From assembly GCA_964016885.1 (NCBI GenBank), contig CAXHJY010000286.1, positions 27,780 to 91,779 on the forward strand: a stretch of DNA of 64,000 nucleotides, read 5' to 3'. A model generated the notes under the pieces. That model was not told the origin of the DNA and ran no database searches. It was given only the letters and a program-made list of their open reading frames with translations. Source of the stretch: Eledone cirrhosa (taxonomy: Eukaryota). Of this stretch, positions 15,101 through 28,395 are shown in pieces. Position numbers and translations under genes: made by a program. Position 1 is the stretch's first letter. Every line of letters starts with the position of its first letter.

Positions 15101-16063
15101 ACTTTCCGGGAAGCCTGCTTTAGGCGTGACCTTTTGGAGGATGATTCACAATGTGGCGCCACTATGGCAGAGGGCGTTTTGTTGAAATTTCCTAAAAGAC
15201 TAAGATCGCTTTTTGCTATTCTACTCCTATGGTGCGACTTGGGTGATCCGGCCTCTTTATGGCTTAGCTACAAAGATTACATGTCTGATGATTTCCTGCG
15301 TAACGCTCAGTTGCTAAACCCATCGATGGAGGTCGGGTACAGTGACCTCATTTACAACAGGGGCTGCTTGAAATCAAAGATACTGTTCTCGATATGGGCG
15401 GTAGTGCGTTGGCGGTGTATGGCCTACCTTCAACAAACCGGGAAGGCGCAAACACTCTGTCTTCGGATTTGCTGCGTGAGACATCTTATAATGTTGACGA
15501 GCTTGCCTAGTACATAGCGGAGAATGAGCCAAAGCTCCTTCCAGAACAGAAATTCGCTTACAACTCCGTTGTTAATTTTGTCCGGGACAAAGCTGGGGGG
15601 GATTCTTTTCCTGGACGCTCCTGGGGGGACTGGGAAAACTTTTGTCACCAAATTAATATTAACTGAGATTAGGCGAACAGAAGGCATTGCCTTAGCTGTG
15701 GCATCATCTGGAATTGCGGCTACTTTGTTGCCGGGCGGCAGGACAGCTCACTCCTATTTCAAGCTCCCGCTTGACTTAGCGAAGACTGAGACACCCACTT
15801 GCAACATCAGTAAGAGCTCCGATCAGGCAGAAGTGTTCAGTCGATGCAAGCTTATCGTTTGGGACGAATGCACGATGGCCCACAGAGGTGCTCTTGAGGC
15901 GCTCGATAGAACTCTGAGAGACACCAAAGACTCTACGGCTCCCATGGGAGGCATAACACTTCTTCTTTCAGGGGACTTCAGACAAACGCTTCCCGTTATT
16001 CCCAAGGGGACTAGCGCTGATGCAGTACATGCGTGTCTTAAGTCATCCGCATTGTGGTTCTGA
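12170..16063 (+). pseudogene. Helitron Rep/PIF1-helicase transposase, frameshifted and 3'-truncated
   Basis: Consecutive ORF fragments give HUH Rep motifs (PDLFITFACNP, EWQKRGLPHAHIL, KYICKYVNKG), the N-terminal YNCAFQMTSFG...FKVQGQVYH segment, and PIF1 motifs (FLDAPGGTGKT, IVWDECTM, GDFRQTLPV). Later helicase motifs are absent. Confidence 0.95.
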
Positions 16064-16399
16064 AACTTCACACTAACATGCGTACTTATATGCGAGGTGA
16101 TATCTATATTCATGGCTTGCTATGTCATATTTTTTTCTCTGGTGTCGACAAAATATGTCCCTGTCATAAACCGGAACAGGATCAAGTGACTATACTTATC
16201 CGTGTTCAGACCCGGTGTACATGTGTGTGTGTATGTTTACACTATCGACCCTTACATCTTGTGGGAAGGAGATTCTTGTCTTAAAATCATTTAGACGTGT
16301 CTTATTCCATGTTGACAACGAAGAATTTTACGTTGACAATTAATATCAATCAGGATAATACTACAAATTTCTCTTGACACGTATTGTTATTTCTACTTG

Positions 16400-16655
16400 G
16401 TGAGGTTGTGAGTTCGATTCTTGGACCGGGTGATGCGTTGTGTCTTTGGGCAAGACACTTTATTTCACGTTCCTCCAGTTTACTCAGCTGTAGAAATGAG
16501 ATGTGACGTCACTGGTGTCAAGCTGTATCAGCCATTGCCTTTCCCTTGGACAACATCGGTGGTGTGGAAAGGAGAGACTGGTATGCATGGGCTTGTGCCT
16601 CGGAGGGGAACTTTCTAGGTGCAAACTCCATAGTCATTAATGAACGATGGGGGCC
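16400..16655 (+). mobile_element. SINE family B, 5'-truncated
   Basis: GAGTTCGATTC B box followed by a body homologous to 7745-8050. Confidence 0.75.
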
Positions 16656-16776
16656 TAGAGGAGAACTTGGTGCCAATGTAGACCTCAACGTGGTTGCTCG
16701 AACTGGTCGAAATAGAAACAAAATTTCCCTCAAGTTTGTGGTTGTATGTGTGTATACAAGAAATCATTATTTTCAG

Positions 16777-16962
16777 ATTGGCAGTATTGGTAGGGGGGGG
16801 GGTCGGACGCCATGCTTTGACGCATAGAGTTACGGCCCTTGTCATTCTGAGTTCAAATCCCGCCGAGGTTAACTTTGCCTTTCATCCTTACGGGGTCGAT
16901 AAAATAAAGTACCAGTAATACACTGGGTATTTTCTGGCCTTGTGCCTAAAGTAGAAACAATT
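16777..16962 (+). mobile_element. SINE family A
   Basis: Matches the family A consensus. Confidence 0.85.
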
Positions 16963-17282
16963 ATTTTCAGATCCATATAAAAACCTATCGCTATAAATAT
17001 TATCAACATATACTATAAATTACACACTTTTCTAGTTGTCCAATATAATTACAAACACCTTTAATAAATTAGTATAATATACACGAATAGACTTACGTGG
17101 CATCTTAGTTTATTTTCTTATTCTTTCTGCTTTTATATAAAACTGATAGTTTTTAATGTTTGTATAATGTAAGTAAAACGAGTTTATGTTGGCAAACGTC
17201 TCATCCATCTTTCTTAAGCGTGTTAGCCATGAAATGTAATTTAAATTAGCATCGGCACACAACGGCTTACAAGATATATAAA

Positions 17283-17933
<651 letters not shown>

Positions 17934-18572
17934 CATCTAGCAATGATGAAAATAACAACAAACAAACAAAACAACTAACAACACAAAATCAACATCAAAA
18001 TGAATTACTTTCGTGCACTTAATTACGAATAATAAGAGGAAAATTACCGAAATGGCAACTAATGTCTTCCACCTGGCAGTGTTACTATAATGGTAGAGGG
18101 GGTGACTTTATTTTAGCATTGATTTCTTATTTTGGCATCAAGTCACATTTGTGAGTGAAAGGTGTAGTCAATTAAATCGAACTCAAAAATGACTGAAACA
18201 CTGATACTTATACCACACCTGGAAAGATGTAATAAATAGTTGACTCCGTTGGGATTTCAACGAAGACGAGAGAAAGAACCTTGAGAAATTAATCTAAGTA
18301 TTTTAAATTAGTTTTTTGTTTTTTTTTAAAGAGAAATTTGGCTAAAAATATCGATGTGGTGGGCCTCGCATGATTGTTTTGTAAAACTACCTCTCTTCCT
18401 TCACTCACTCGATCAGTCACTCCCTCAATCAGTCACTCCCTCAATCAGTCACTCCCTCAATCAGTCACTCCCTCAACCAGTCACTCAACTTCACTCACTC
18501 AACTCCACTCAACTCCATTCCACTCACTCCCCTCCCCTCCACTCCACTCCACTCCACTCCACTCCACTCCAC

Positions 18573-18605
<33 letters not shown>

Positions 18606-18743
18606 AGCAGCCATAGTTTTCCCACTACTAGATAAAGGTTTACATTTTATTTCCCGTTTTCCCGTAACTTTCCGTTTGAAGTTTCCGATCTCCAATTTTC
18701 CTCAAATCTATCGGTGAATTATCAAAGTCATTAGACTAGGAAT

Positions 18744-19012
18744 TAGTTCCGACTCACTGCACTTTGAGTTAAATAGTTCTGACCCACTGCACGTTGAGTT
18801 AAATAGTTCCGACTCACTGCACTTTGAGTTAAATAGTTCTGACCCACTGCACGTTGAGTTAAATAGTTCCGACTCACTGCACTTTGAGTTAAATAGTTCT
18901 GACCCACTGTACGTTGAGTTAAATAGTTCCGACTCACTGTACGTTGAGCCAAATAGTTCCGATTCACTGCACGTGGAGCCAAATAGTTCCGACCCATTGC
19001 ACGTTGAGTTAA
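18744..19012. repeat. 30-bp minisatellite (about 9 units, alternating variants forming a 60-bp dimer)
   Basis: AGTTCCGACTCACTGCACTTTGAGTTAAAT alternates with AGTTCTGACCCACTGCACGTTGAGTTAAAT. Confidence 0.92.
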
Positions 19013-19471
19013 AATGTCGCTGAGATCAACTTCACCTTCCTTTTTTTCAGTTTCAATAAAGATGTGTGCCAGTCAATGGCTGTTGTTTGGCAACATTATT
19101 ATAATTGTTTCTACTTTAGGCAAAAGGCCAGCAATTTGAAGGGAAGGGGGAAGTCGATTGAATCAGTACTTACTGGTACTTTATTTTATCGACCCTGATG
19201 CCCTTGTGGACAGTTTGATGCCAGGCATCGCGGTCCCTAGCCTGTCTCTCCCAGCCGAAAGAAGCGATGTTGCAGGCTTTCATGTTATTTGTCACAGATA
19301 TACATAAAATCCCTGTGTGAAGATAGAAGTATAAACACATAGAATAACTCTTACAGAGTTAGCAACGAGTAGATTCCTAGTAAAGCAACCTAAAATAAAA
19401 TCACCTCATCATCAATCTCACCATTGCTGCGGTTTCAAGCGTCAAGACACCATTGGCTATTTTAATACATA

Positions 19472-19647
19472 CCATATTTCCTGGCGCCGAAGACAATTCG
19501 TCCTCGAGGACACGCCTTAATTTTGACAACCAAAAATTTGAAATAAAATAAAATAAAAATAAACAATTTTCGGCCTCCAGGACGCATGGTAGATTTTTGA
19601 GACTTATTTTAGGTAAAAAATAGCATCTTCGATACCGGGAAATACGG
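19472..19647. mobile_element. MITE of the Tc1/mariner/pogo superfamily type
   Basis: Imperfect TIRs CCATATTTCCTGGCGCCGAAGA / TCTTCGATACCGGGAAATACGG, with TA on both sides. Confidence 0.7.
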
Positions 19648-19669
19648 TAATTTTGATACATGTATGATA

Positions 19670-20282
19670 TTTGTTACTCTTTGGTTGTTGAGTTGATAGT
19701 TGTATGATGTTACTCTTTGGTTGTTCAGTTGATAGTTGTATGATGTTACTCTTTGGTTGTTGAGTTGATAGTTGTATGATGTTACTCTTTGGTTGTTGAG
19801 TTGATAGTTGTATGATGTTACTCTTTGGTTGTTCAGTTGATAGTTGTATGATGTTACTCTTTGGTTGTTGAGTTGATAGTTGTATGATGTTACTCTTTGG
19901 TTGTTGAGTTGATAGTTGTATGATGTTACTCTTTGGTTGTTGAGTTGATAGTTGTATGATGTTACTCTTTGGTTGTTCAGTTGATAGTTGTATGATGTTA
20001 CTCTTTGGTTGTTGAGTTGATAGTTGTATGATGTTATTCTTTGGTTGTTCAGTTGATAGTTGTATGATGTTACTCTTTGGTTGTTGAGTTGATAGTTGTA
20101 TGATGTTACTCTTTGGTTGTTCAGTTGATAGTTGTATGATGTTACTCTTTGGTTGTTGAGTTGATAGTTGTATGATGTTACTCTTTGGTTGTTCAGTTGA
20201 TAGTTGTATGATGTTACTCTTTGGTTGTTGAGTTGATAGTTGTATGATGTTACTCTTTGGTTGTTGAGTTGATAGTTGTATG
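19670..20282. repeat. 36-bp minisatellite, about 17 copies
   Basis: Unit GTTACTCTTTGGTTGTT(G/C)AGTTGATAGTTGTATGAT. Confidence 0.96.
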
Positions 20283-20542
20283 GCAAAGTTGACCTCGGCA
20301 AGATTTGAACTCGTAATTTGACGTAATTTGTTCGACCCTCTACCGATACTGCCAATCCACCGCCCCTCTAGTGATTTCTAGTATAGGCACAAGGCCAACA
20401 ATTACCCAGTGCATCACTGGTACTTTATTTTATCGACCCCGCAAGAATGAAAGGCAAAGTTAACCTCGCCGGTATTTGAACTCAGTCCGTAAAGGTACGT
20501 AACTCTGTGTTGCAAAGCATGGGGTCCGACTCTCTGCCTAGA

Positions 20543-20578
<36 letters not shown>

Positions 20579-20748
20579 TGTTTCTACTTTAGGCACAAGG
20601 CCAACAATTACCCAGTGCATCACTGGTACTTTATTTTATCGACCCCGTAAGGATGAAAGGCAAAGTTAACCTCGCCGGTATTTGAACTCAGTCCGTAAAG
20701 GTACGTAACTCTGTGTTGCAAAGCATGGGGTCCGACTCTCTGCCTAGA

Positions 20749-20780
<32 letters not shown>
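20283..20780 (-). mobile_element. SINE family A cluster including a tandem duplication with (AAT)n tracts
   Basis: 20383-20577 and 20590-20780 are near-identical SINE + (AAT)n units. Confidence 0.82.
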
Positions 20781-20782
<2 letters not shown>

Positions 20783-21304
20783 GATGTCTACTTACTATTC
20801 TTCATGGTCTTATCTTTAAACTAAAATGCTAAGTATTATGGTCCTTTCTTAACCTCAAACATAGTTTAACTTTTCTAAGGTCAGTTGCTTTTTGCTATGG
20901 ATGATGAATGGAATGTTGGTTCCTAGTGAAGCCTATAAGGAGACACTTGAAAATAATTACAACGGTTTAACACAATATAGTGATACATTATCTCTTTAAT
21001 TGCAGTTATAGTCTCAACAATGTTGTTCTAGAAAAGATAACTTTTAGGTTACGTGACGCCATCTCTTCTTTAAGACACTTTCTGCAATACTTTTTTTTTT
21101 TTTCCAAGTTCAAGTTATTGCTTCTGACATCAGGAGAATCACCATATTGAAATATTAACGTCTTGTTTTATGGCTGTACTGTATTTCAAATATCTATTTT
21201 AACAGATGGGCTTATTAAATGAAATTAAACATAAAACTGGGTACTTCAATCAGAAGAGATATATTTTACAGATTAAGTGTCATTTTTATGATTATTTATT
21301 AAAA

Positions 21305-21467
21305 GGGTAGGTAGTGAATTGGCAGAATCGTTAGAACGACAGATAAAATGTTTTATGGCATTCGTCCCAGCTCCCTTGTCTCCGAGTTCATATCCCGCCG
21401 AGGCCAACTTTGACTTTCATCCTTTCGAGGTTAATAAACAAAAAGTACCAGTCAAGTACTGGGGTCA
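21305..21467 (+). mobile_element. Diverged SINE family A relative
   Basis: TTGGCAGAATCGTTAGA...GAGTTCATATCCCGCCGAGGCCAACTTTGACTTTCATCCTTTCGAGG...AAGTACCAG. Confidence 0.7.
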
Positions 21468-22463
21468 GTTCTTCCTCTATATCTATTTCTCACTTTCATT
21501 CTCTCTCTCTCTGTCTATCCTTCTCTGGAAGAAATCTGCTGTGTTCATTATTGTTAATGATCACATCTTAAGAAATAGCAGAAATTCAACAAAAATAAAT
21601 TGTTGTTGCTTAGCACCACATCCACCCAACTAAGCAGAACTTTGATTAAAACCATTCCTTGTAGAATTATTCCTCATCTTTTTAGAGCTATCTAGGAATA
21701 TATTATCTAATATATCTGTTCATTTCTCAGACCGTCACGTGACTTGAGGAATATTTGGCATTTAATTCCTGCTATTTGGCAGCCATTACGTAGTATAGTT
21801 GGAATGACTAGGATTAGCAATTATAAAATAACCATTTCTACTATTATCGCTGTATGTGTCCAATTTCTTGTATACTGTAAACAAATGTTTTTGTTAATAT
21901 AATAAATGCTTCCATCAAGGTTAATCAAAGCACGTTAAGAATGTAATTTTTAGGTTCAAATATGTCTTGTGACCTTATAACTTCAGATTATACATTCTTA
22001 TTTATGTGTAAATCTTCCAATCTTTTCAGCTAGGAAAAAAAGCAGCCATTGTAAATTCTGCACTTGGCAGGGTGAATATAGAATGTTGACATAGGGGTAG
22101 TATACATAAGGAACTGCTGCCTTCGTTTATTAAACTATATCTATAAAATAGGACAATCTCATAACCCATTAAAAGTTTCCCTCGCTGTTGTAAAATAGGA
22201 CAGTTTTATATATCTTTAGCAGAATTTAATGGACAATTTCTACCTTTGAAGTGCAGAAATATAGCATGGTTTGGCAATTTAATTTCTGACTTAGACATAA
22301 AAGCATAAACTATAATTATACCTTAATATTTTAGACTAAATATTTGAATTTTATATATGCACATTGCTTTTTCACACATACATACATGCATACATACATA
22401 CATGATGATGGCTGCCCCCTCGTTATCGAGTATGGCCATTGCATGATATACCATTATTAATAA

Positions 22464-22498
<35 letters not shown>

Positions 22499-22921
22499 TT
22501 GGATATGAATCGAAGTTGTGGTTACCATACAGCAGGTACTATTCGAGTTGTTTGAGGCAATCACAAAGCATTCAATGGATTAATAAGCTAAACATTATCG
22601 TCTAGAATAAAACACAACAGTTAAAAAGTGTGACACCAAGAAGAACCACCGAATGCAGTGGCTATGCTTATACCACAACAACGATAAATAAAAAAAGGTT
22701 ATATATATATATAAGTATGTATACGTACATACTACTGTACGTCTGTATACATATATGTATACATATATGTATATATATACATACATGCACATATATATAT
22801 ATATATATGTACGTATGGATTTACCGAACATTTATTATAATGCTCGGTTTGTTTGTACGGCTTAATTCGGAATGTTTGTTTACAGTGTTTAGCAACCATC
22901 GTTGCCCTTTTCTTCAACACT

Positions 22922-22978
22922 GGTAAAGGAATGATGTACTAGTTTCAAGCTTATTAGCTATCGTCAGCACCGTATACC
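22922..22978 (-). ncRNA. Minimal type I hammerhead ribozyme motif (family H2)
   Basis: Minus strand reads GGTATAC-GGTG CTGACGA T-AGCT-AATA-AGCT-T GAAA CTA GTA CATC-ATTCCTTTACC. Stem I GGTG/CATC (plus GGTA/TACC), palindromic stem III ACTAGT, GUA triplet. Confidence 0.78.
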
Positions 22979-23182
22979 TTCCTGCCAGATGATTGAACGT
23001 CTGAAAGTATATACTTTCCTTATGCTGAGCAGCCCAATTTGCATATCGAGTGAGTTAATCGGCCGGGCGCACCGAAAACGATAAATGGAAAAAATGAAAC
23101 AAAATTTCATTTCTCACTTACTCTTAGTACAGCTGTCATTAATTGTACCGTTATATATATATATATACATATTTATATATTA

Positions 23183-24001
23183 CTAGCAGTAAAGCCCGGC
23201 GTTGCTCGGGGTCGCTCAGTAGCTGTGTTAAAGTTACAATGTTAAGTTTCTTTTTTGGCTTAAAAACTGTAGTGTCTACTGTGCAGACTTGCATGTGGTG
23301 TTTTTGATTAATATTCCCTCAACCAACAATATGCCTTATGAAGTTAAGAAAACATAACGATAACCCGAATGTTATAACAAAAGAGGATGCTGGGGATAAA
23401 AACTGCACTGGTTATTTATTAACAAAGATCGAAAATGTAAACACTGCAACGCAGAGAAAAACATTAGCGTAACCAAATTATCAGTTATGTCTGTCTGCAC
23501 GCCTATATCACCTCTCTGCACGACTGTCTGTCTGCACGCCTGAAATATTTGCTTGTTTTACGTAGTCTTTAAATAGACTTGTTTTCAAGTAAAAATATTG
23601 TTTTAAAATGCTTTTAAATGGAAATGAAGCAAAACGGAAGCTTAGTGTTCGAACTGATGAATTTTGCAGGTCAATATTTTGCTGGCTCGACAACTGTCTG
23701 TTCGTGTATTGTGTTAATGTCATTTTAAACGCTGAGAAAGCCAGCGTAATTTTTTACGTAAGACGCTCAATGTAAACAGAACAAAGGGAAATAACTGATA
23801 ACTTACGCTCAAAAATCGATACATTATATTCGATTTCGTCACATAGGGTGGGTCAATTTAAAATTTTTTTTTTCCGATGTCTTCGCTAGGGCTCAATGTA
23901 CAAGTATAGCAATTTCGGTGCAATTCCGTGAGAGATTCTAAGAGGAGATGTGTGCCAAAAATCGATAGACAGACAGACAACCACAGTTTTATATATATAG
24001 A
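23183..24001 (-). mobile_element. Non-autonomous Helitron, complete (819 bp)
   Basis: On the minus strand it starts TCTATATATATAAAACTG and ends with the hairpin CCCGAGCAACGCCGGG followed by CTAG. It is inserted between A and T. Confidence 0.88.
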
Positions 24002-24171
24002 TATACATATTTATCACTCTTGATGGAATGAATTAAAAAGTCAACTATGAAATTTCTTTAAAATTTAGTGTCTTGAACTATTCTGAAAATATAAAATGAA
24101 TAAAATAAAAACAAAGCTATTTCTTTTTAATCGTACGATCAAGCACAGTTAATTGTCTGACTTCTGTAACA

Positions 24172-24350
24172 ATGGTTTCTGATTTAGGCACAAGGTCAAC
24201 AATTTTGGGAAGGGTAAGTCGATTAAACGACCCCAGTGCATTACTGGTACTTTATTTTATCGACCCCGTAAGGATGAAAAGCAAAGTTAACCTCGGCAGG
24301 ATTTGAACTCAGATCTTAAAGGGACATAACTCTATGCCATAAATCATGTT
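24172..24350 (-). mobile_element. SINE family A (long variant)
   Basis: Reverse complement of the family A consensus. Confidence 0.8.
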
Positions 24351-24431
24351 TGACGCTAAGCTCTGGGCGGGAGCCGTAGTCTTCAAAGTGATTTTCAGTT
24401 GAACACTTTGCACTTAATTTTCGCCTTGCCT

Positions 24432-26020
24432 GAGATACGTTATATGTTGTCTAACATTGTAGAAACGATACGTTATATGTCGTCTGACATTGTAGAAACG
24501 ATACGTTATATGTTGTCTGACATTGTAGAAAAGATACGTTATATGTCGTCTGACATTGTAGAAACGATACGTTATATGTTGTCTGACATTGTAGAAAAGA
24601 TACGTTATATGTCGTCTGACATTGTAGAAACGATACGTTATATGTCGTCTGACATTGTAGAAAAGATACGTTATATGTCGTCTGACATTGTAGAAAAGAT
24701 ACGTTATATGTCGTCTGACATTGTAGAAACGATACGTTATATGTTGTCTGACATTGTAGAAAAGATACGTTATATGTCGTCTGACATTGTAGAAAAGATA
24801 CGTTATATGTCGTCTGACATTGTAGAAAAGATACGTTATATGTCGTCTGACATTGTAGAAAAGATACGTTATATGTCGTCTGACATTGTAGAAAAGATAC
24901 GTTATATGTCGTCTGACATTGTAGAAAAGATACGTTATATGTCGTCTGACATTGTAGAAAAGATACGTTATATGTCGTCTGACATTGTAGAAAAGATACG
25001 TTATATGTCGTCTGACATTGTAGAAAAGATACGTTATATGTTGTCTGACATTGTAGAAAAGATACGTTATATGTCGTCTGACATTGTAGAAAAGATACGT
25101 TATATGTCGTCTGACATTGTAGAAACGATACGTTATATGTTGTCTGACATTGTAGAAAAGATACGTTATATGTCGTCTGACATTGTAGAAAAGATACGTT
25201 ATATGTCGTCTGACATTGTAGAAAAGATACGTTATATGTCGTCTGACATTGTAGAAACGATGCGTTATATGTTGTCTGACATTGTAGAAAAGATACGTTA
25301 TATGTCGTCTGACATTGTAGAAAAGATACGTTATATGTCGTCTGACATTGTAGAAAAGATACGTTATATGTCGTCTGACATTGTAGAAACGATACGTTAT
25401 ATGTTGTCTGACATTGTAGAAAAGATACGTTATATGTCGTCTGACATTGTAGAAAAGATACGTTATATGTCGTCTAACATTGTAGAAAAGATACGTTATA
25501 TGTCGTCTGACATTGTAGAAAAGATACGTTATATGTCGTCTGACATTGTAGAAAAGATACGTTATATGTCGTCTGACATTGTAGAAAAGATACGTTATAT
25601 GTCGTCTGACATTGTAGAAACGATACGTTATATGTCGTCTGACATTGTAGAAACGATACGTTATATGTCGTCTGACATTGTAGAAACGATACGTTATATG
25701 TCGTCTGACATTGTAGAAACGATACGTTATATGTCGTCTGACATTGTAGAAACGATACGTTATATGTTGTCTGACATTGTAGAAACGATACGTTATATGT
25801 TGTCTGACATTGTAGAAACGATACGTTATATGTTGTCTGACATTGTAGAAAAGATACGTTATATGTCGTCTGACATTGTAGAAAAGATACGTTATATGTC
25901 GTCTGATATTGTAGAAAAGATACGTTATATGTCGTCTGACATTGTAGAAACGATACGTTATATGTCGTCTGACATTGTAGAAAAGATACGTTATATGTCG
26001 TCTGACATTGTAGAAAAGAT
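24432..26020. repeat. 33-bp minisatellite, about 48 copies
   Basis: Unit GATACGTTATATGT(C/T)GTCTGACATTGTAGAAA(A/C). The IRYMSSDIVEK ORF follows from a unit length divisible by 3. Confidence 0.96.
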
Positions 26021-26499
26021 ATGCTGTGTGGCCTCTGACATTTCCTTTTTTCTACATTAAACAGACGATGGACATAGTTTCTGTTGGATAGGATGTTAAA
26101 TCAAAGAAAGTTAATCTAACGAAATGAAGTCACCTGTCTTTGGATGTGCCAAGAATTCGTGACAAAAGTCATGTGTTGCTGGCAACTACCCCCCCCCCCC
26201 CCCCCTCCCCTCTCCTACTGTCGTTACCCACCAAAAGAAAAAAATAAAGATCATTGTAGAAAAGATATTTTGAAATGAAAGACGGTATTTACAGAATTCC
26301 ATTGATTATTTAAAATTATTTCAAATTATTTCAAATTATTTCAAATAAAGTACCAGTAATGTACTGGGTAATTGCTGGCCTTCTGCCTAAAGTAGAAACA
26401 ATTATTTCAAACAACGAGCTTCTATGTCCGTTGTCTTTTCATCGTGATAAGATTCTGTATTATAATAACAATGTACTGGTATTTATGTTATATTGGTTA

Positions 26500-26877
26500 C
26501 AATGGTGGTGGTGGTTGGATGTTGATACTGTTATGGTAGTAGTAGTAGTGGTGGTAGTAGTAATAATGATAGTGGTGGTGGTGGTAGTAGTAGTTGTTGC
26601 TGTTACAATAATCGTAGTGGTTGTAGTTGTTGTTGTTGCAATAATAATAATAGTAGTGGTAGTAGTAGTTGCTGTTGTAGTAGTAGTGGTGGTGGTAGTA
26701 GTAGTTGCTGTTGTAATAGTAGTAGTAGTAGTGGTGGTAGTAGTAGTAGTTGTTGCTGTTGTAATAATAATAATAGTAGTGGTAGTAGTAGTTGCTGTTG
26801 TAGTAGTAGTGGTGGTGGTAGTAGTAGTTGCTGTTGTAATAGTAGTAGTAGTAGTAGTGGTAGTAGTAGTTGCTGTT

Positions 26878-26912
<35 letters not shown>

Positions 26913-27663
26913 TGTTGCTGTTACAATAATCGTAGTGGTTGTAGTAGTTGTTGTTGCTGTTGTAATAATAATAGTAGTGGTAGTAGTAGTTGCTGTTGTA
27001 GTAGTAGTGGTGGTGGTAGTAGTAGTTGCTGTTGTAATAGTAGTAGTAGTGGTGGTGGTGGTGGTGGTGGTAGTTGTTGCTGTTACAATAATCGTAGTGG
27101 TAGTAGTAGTTGTAGTAGTTATTCTTGTTGCTGTTGTAATAATAGTAGTAGTGGTAGTAGTAGTTGCTGTTGTAGTAGTAGTGGTGGTGATAGTAGTTGT
27201 AGTAGTTATTGTTGTTGCTGTTGTAATAATAGTAGTGGTGGTAGTAGTAGTTGCTGTTGTAATAGTAGTAGTAGTGGTGGTAGTAGTAGTTGCTGTTGTA
27301 ATAGTAGTAGTAGTGGTGGTAGTAATAGTAGCTGTTGTAATAGTAGTAGTAGTAGTAGTAGTTGCTGTTGTAATAGTAGTAGTAGTGGTGGTAGTAGTTG
27401 TTGTTGTAATATAATAGTAGTGGTGGTAGTAGTAGTTGCTGTTGTAATATAATAGTAGTGGAGTGGTGGTAGTAGTAGTTGCTGTTGTAATAGTAGTGGT
27501 GGTGGTGGTAGTAGTTGCTGTTGTAATAATGGTAGTAGTAGTAGTAGTAGTTGTAATAATAGTAGTAGTAGTAGTAGTTGTTGCTGTTGTAATGATAGTA
27601 GTGGTGGTAGTAGTAATAGTGGTGACAATAGTATTAGTAGTAGTGGTGGCACTAGTAGTAGTA
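26500..27663. repeat. (GTA/GTG/GTT)n trinucleotide-derived satellite
   Basis: GTAGTAGTTGCTGTTGTAATA-type units. Confidence 0.95.
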
Positions 27664-28395
27664 ACAAAACCCAAACTAAGGAAATATTTGATTAAATTTG
27701 ACATATCTAGGTTTGAAGTGAATGGATACATCTCGCAAAACAGCAGATATCAAATAGTAAGACATATTTCATTAAGACGTTTGTAGTTTTATGAACAAAC
27801 CAAATGAAACCAATAGCAAATGTTAAGCATACCCAACAGTTTATCATTTACTTTCATATTACAGACGATATATAAAGCCAGATGGATTTTCTTGTCAATA
27901 TGGCACTTCGCAATACTTGTCTTTAAAAAAATAAATAGCTAGGATGAATTAAATGCTGGTAGTGAAATAAATTGCTTGTTGAGATAGTTGGCACCGCGCG
28001 TTCGCAATATTTCCTTCGTAAAACATCGACGTTGTATTCGTTGACATCGAGAACATCAAAAACATTAATAATAAAAGGTGTGAAATGATATATAGTATTG
28101 TTATAACACCAAGGTGTGTGTGAGTGTCCAGATTGTACGTACTGCAAGGGGAATCCATTAGGCCCTGCCGTATTGGAATACTTTTGTACAAATATGTATG
28201 TGCCCATCAGTGTGCAATGCATGTGCACGTTTATATCTATAAACATCAAAAGGTATGCAAATTTGTGTATATTTGTGTTGCACCATAGAACATGTGTGTT
28301 TACGTATGTCATTGTGTTTATATGTGGATAGAGATGGATGTAGAATGTATGCTGATGTAGGTATGTATGTTGACGTGTGTATGTTGTGGGTCGTC

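Noticed and set aside
17097-17265. Possible minus-strand exon ending at a GTAAGT donor
   Set aside because: Weak AAG acceptor, an in-frame stop before the donor, and no recognisable domain.
24399-26060. 553-aa repeat ORF, and possible CRISPR-like array
   Set aside because: A pure 33-bp tandem repeat with no unique spacers and no cas genes. The open frame follows from the unit length.
28114-28195. Possible Cys-rich exon (CECPDCTYC...EYFC)
   Set aside because: Weak acceptor, no partner exons, and it lies in the 3' flank of the Penelope-like element.
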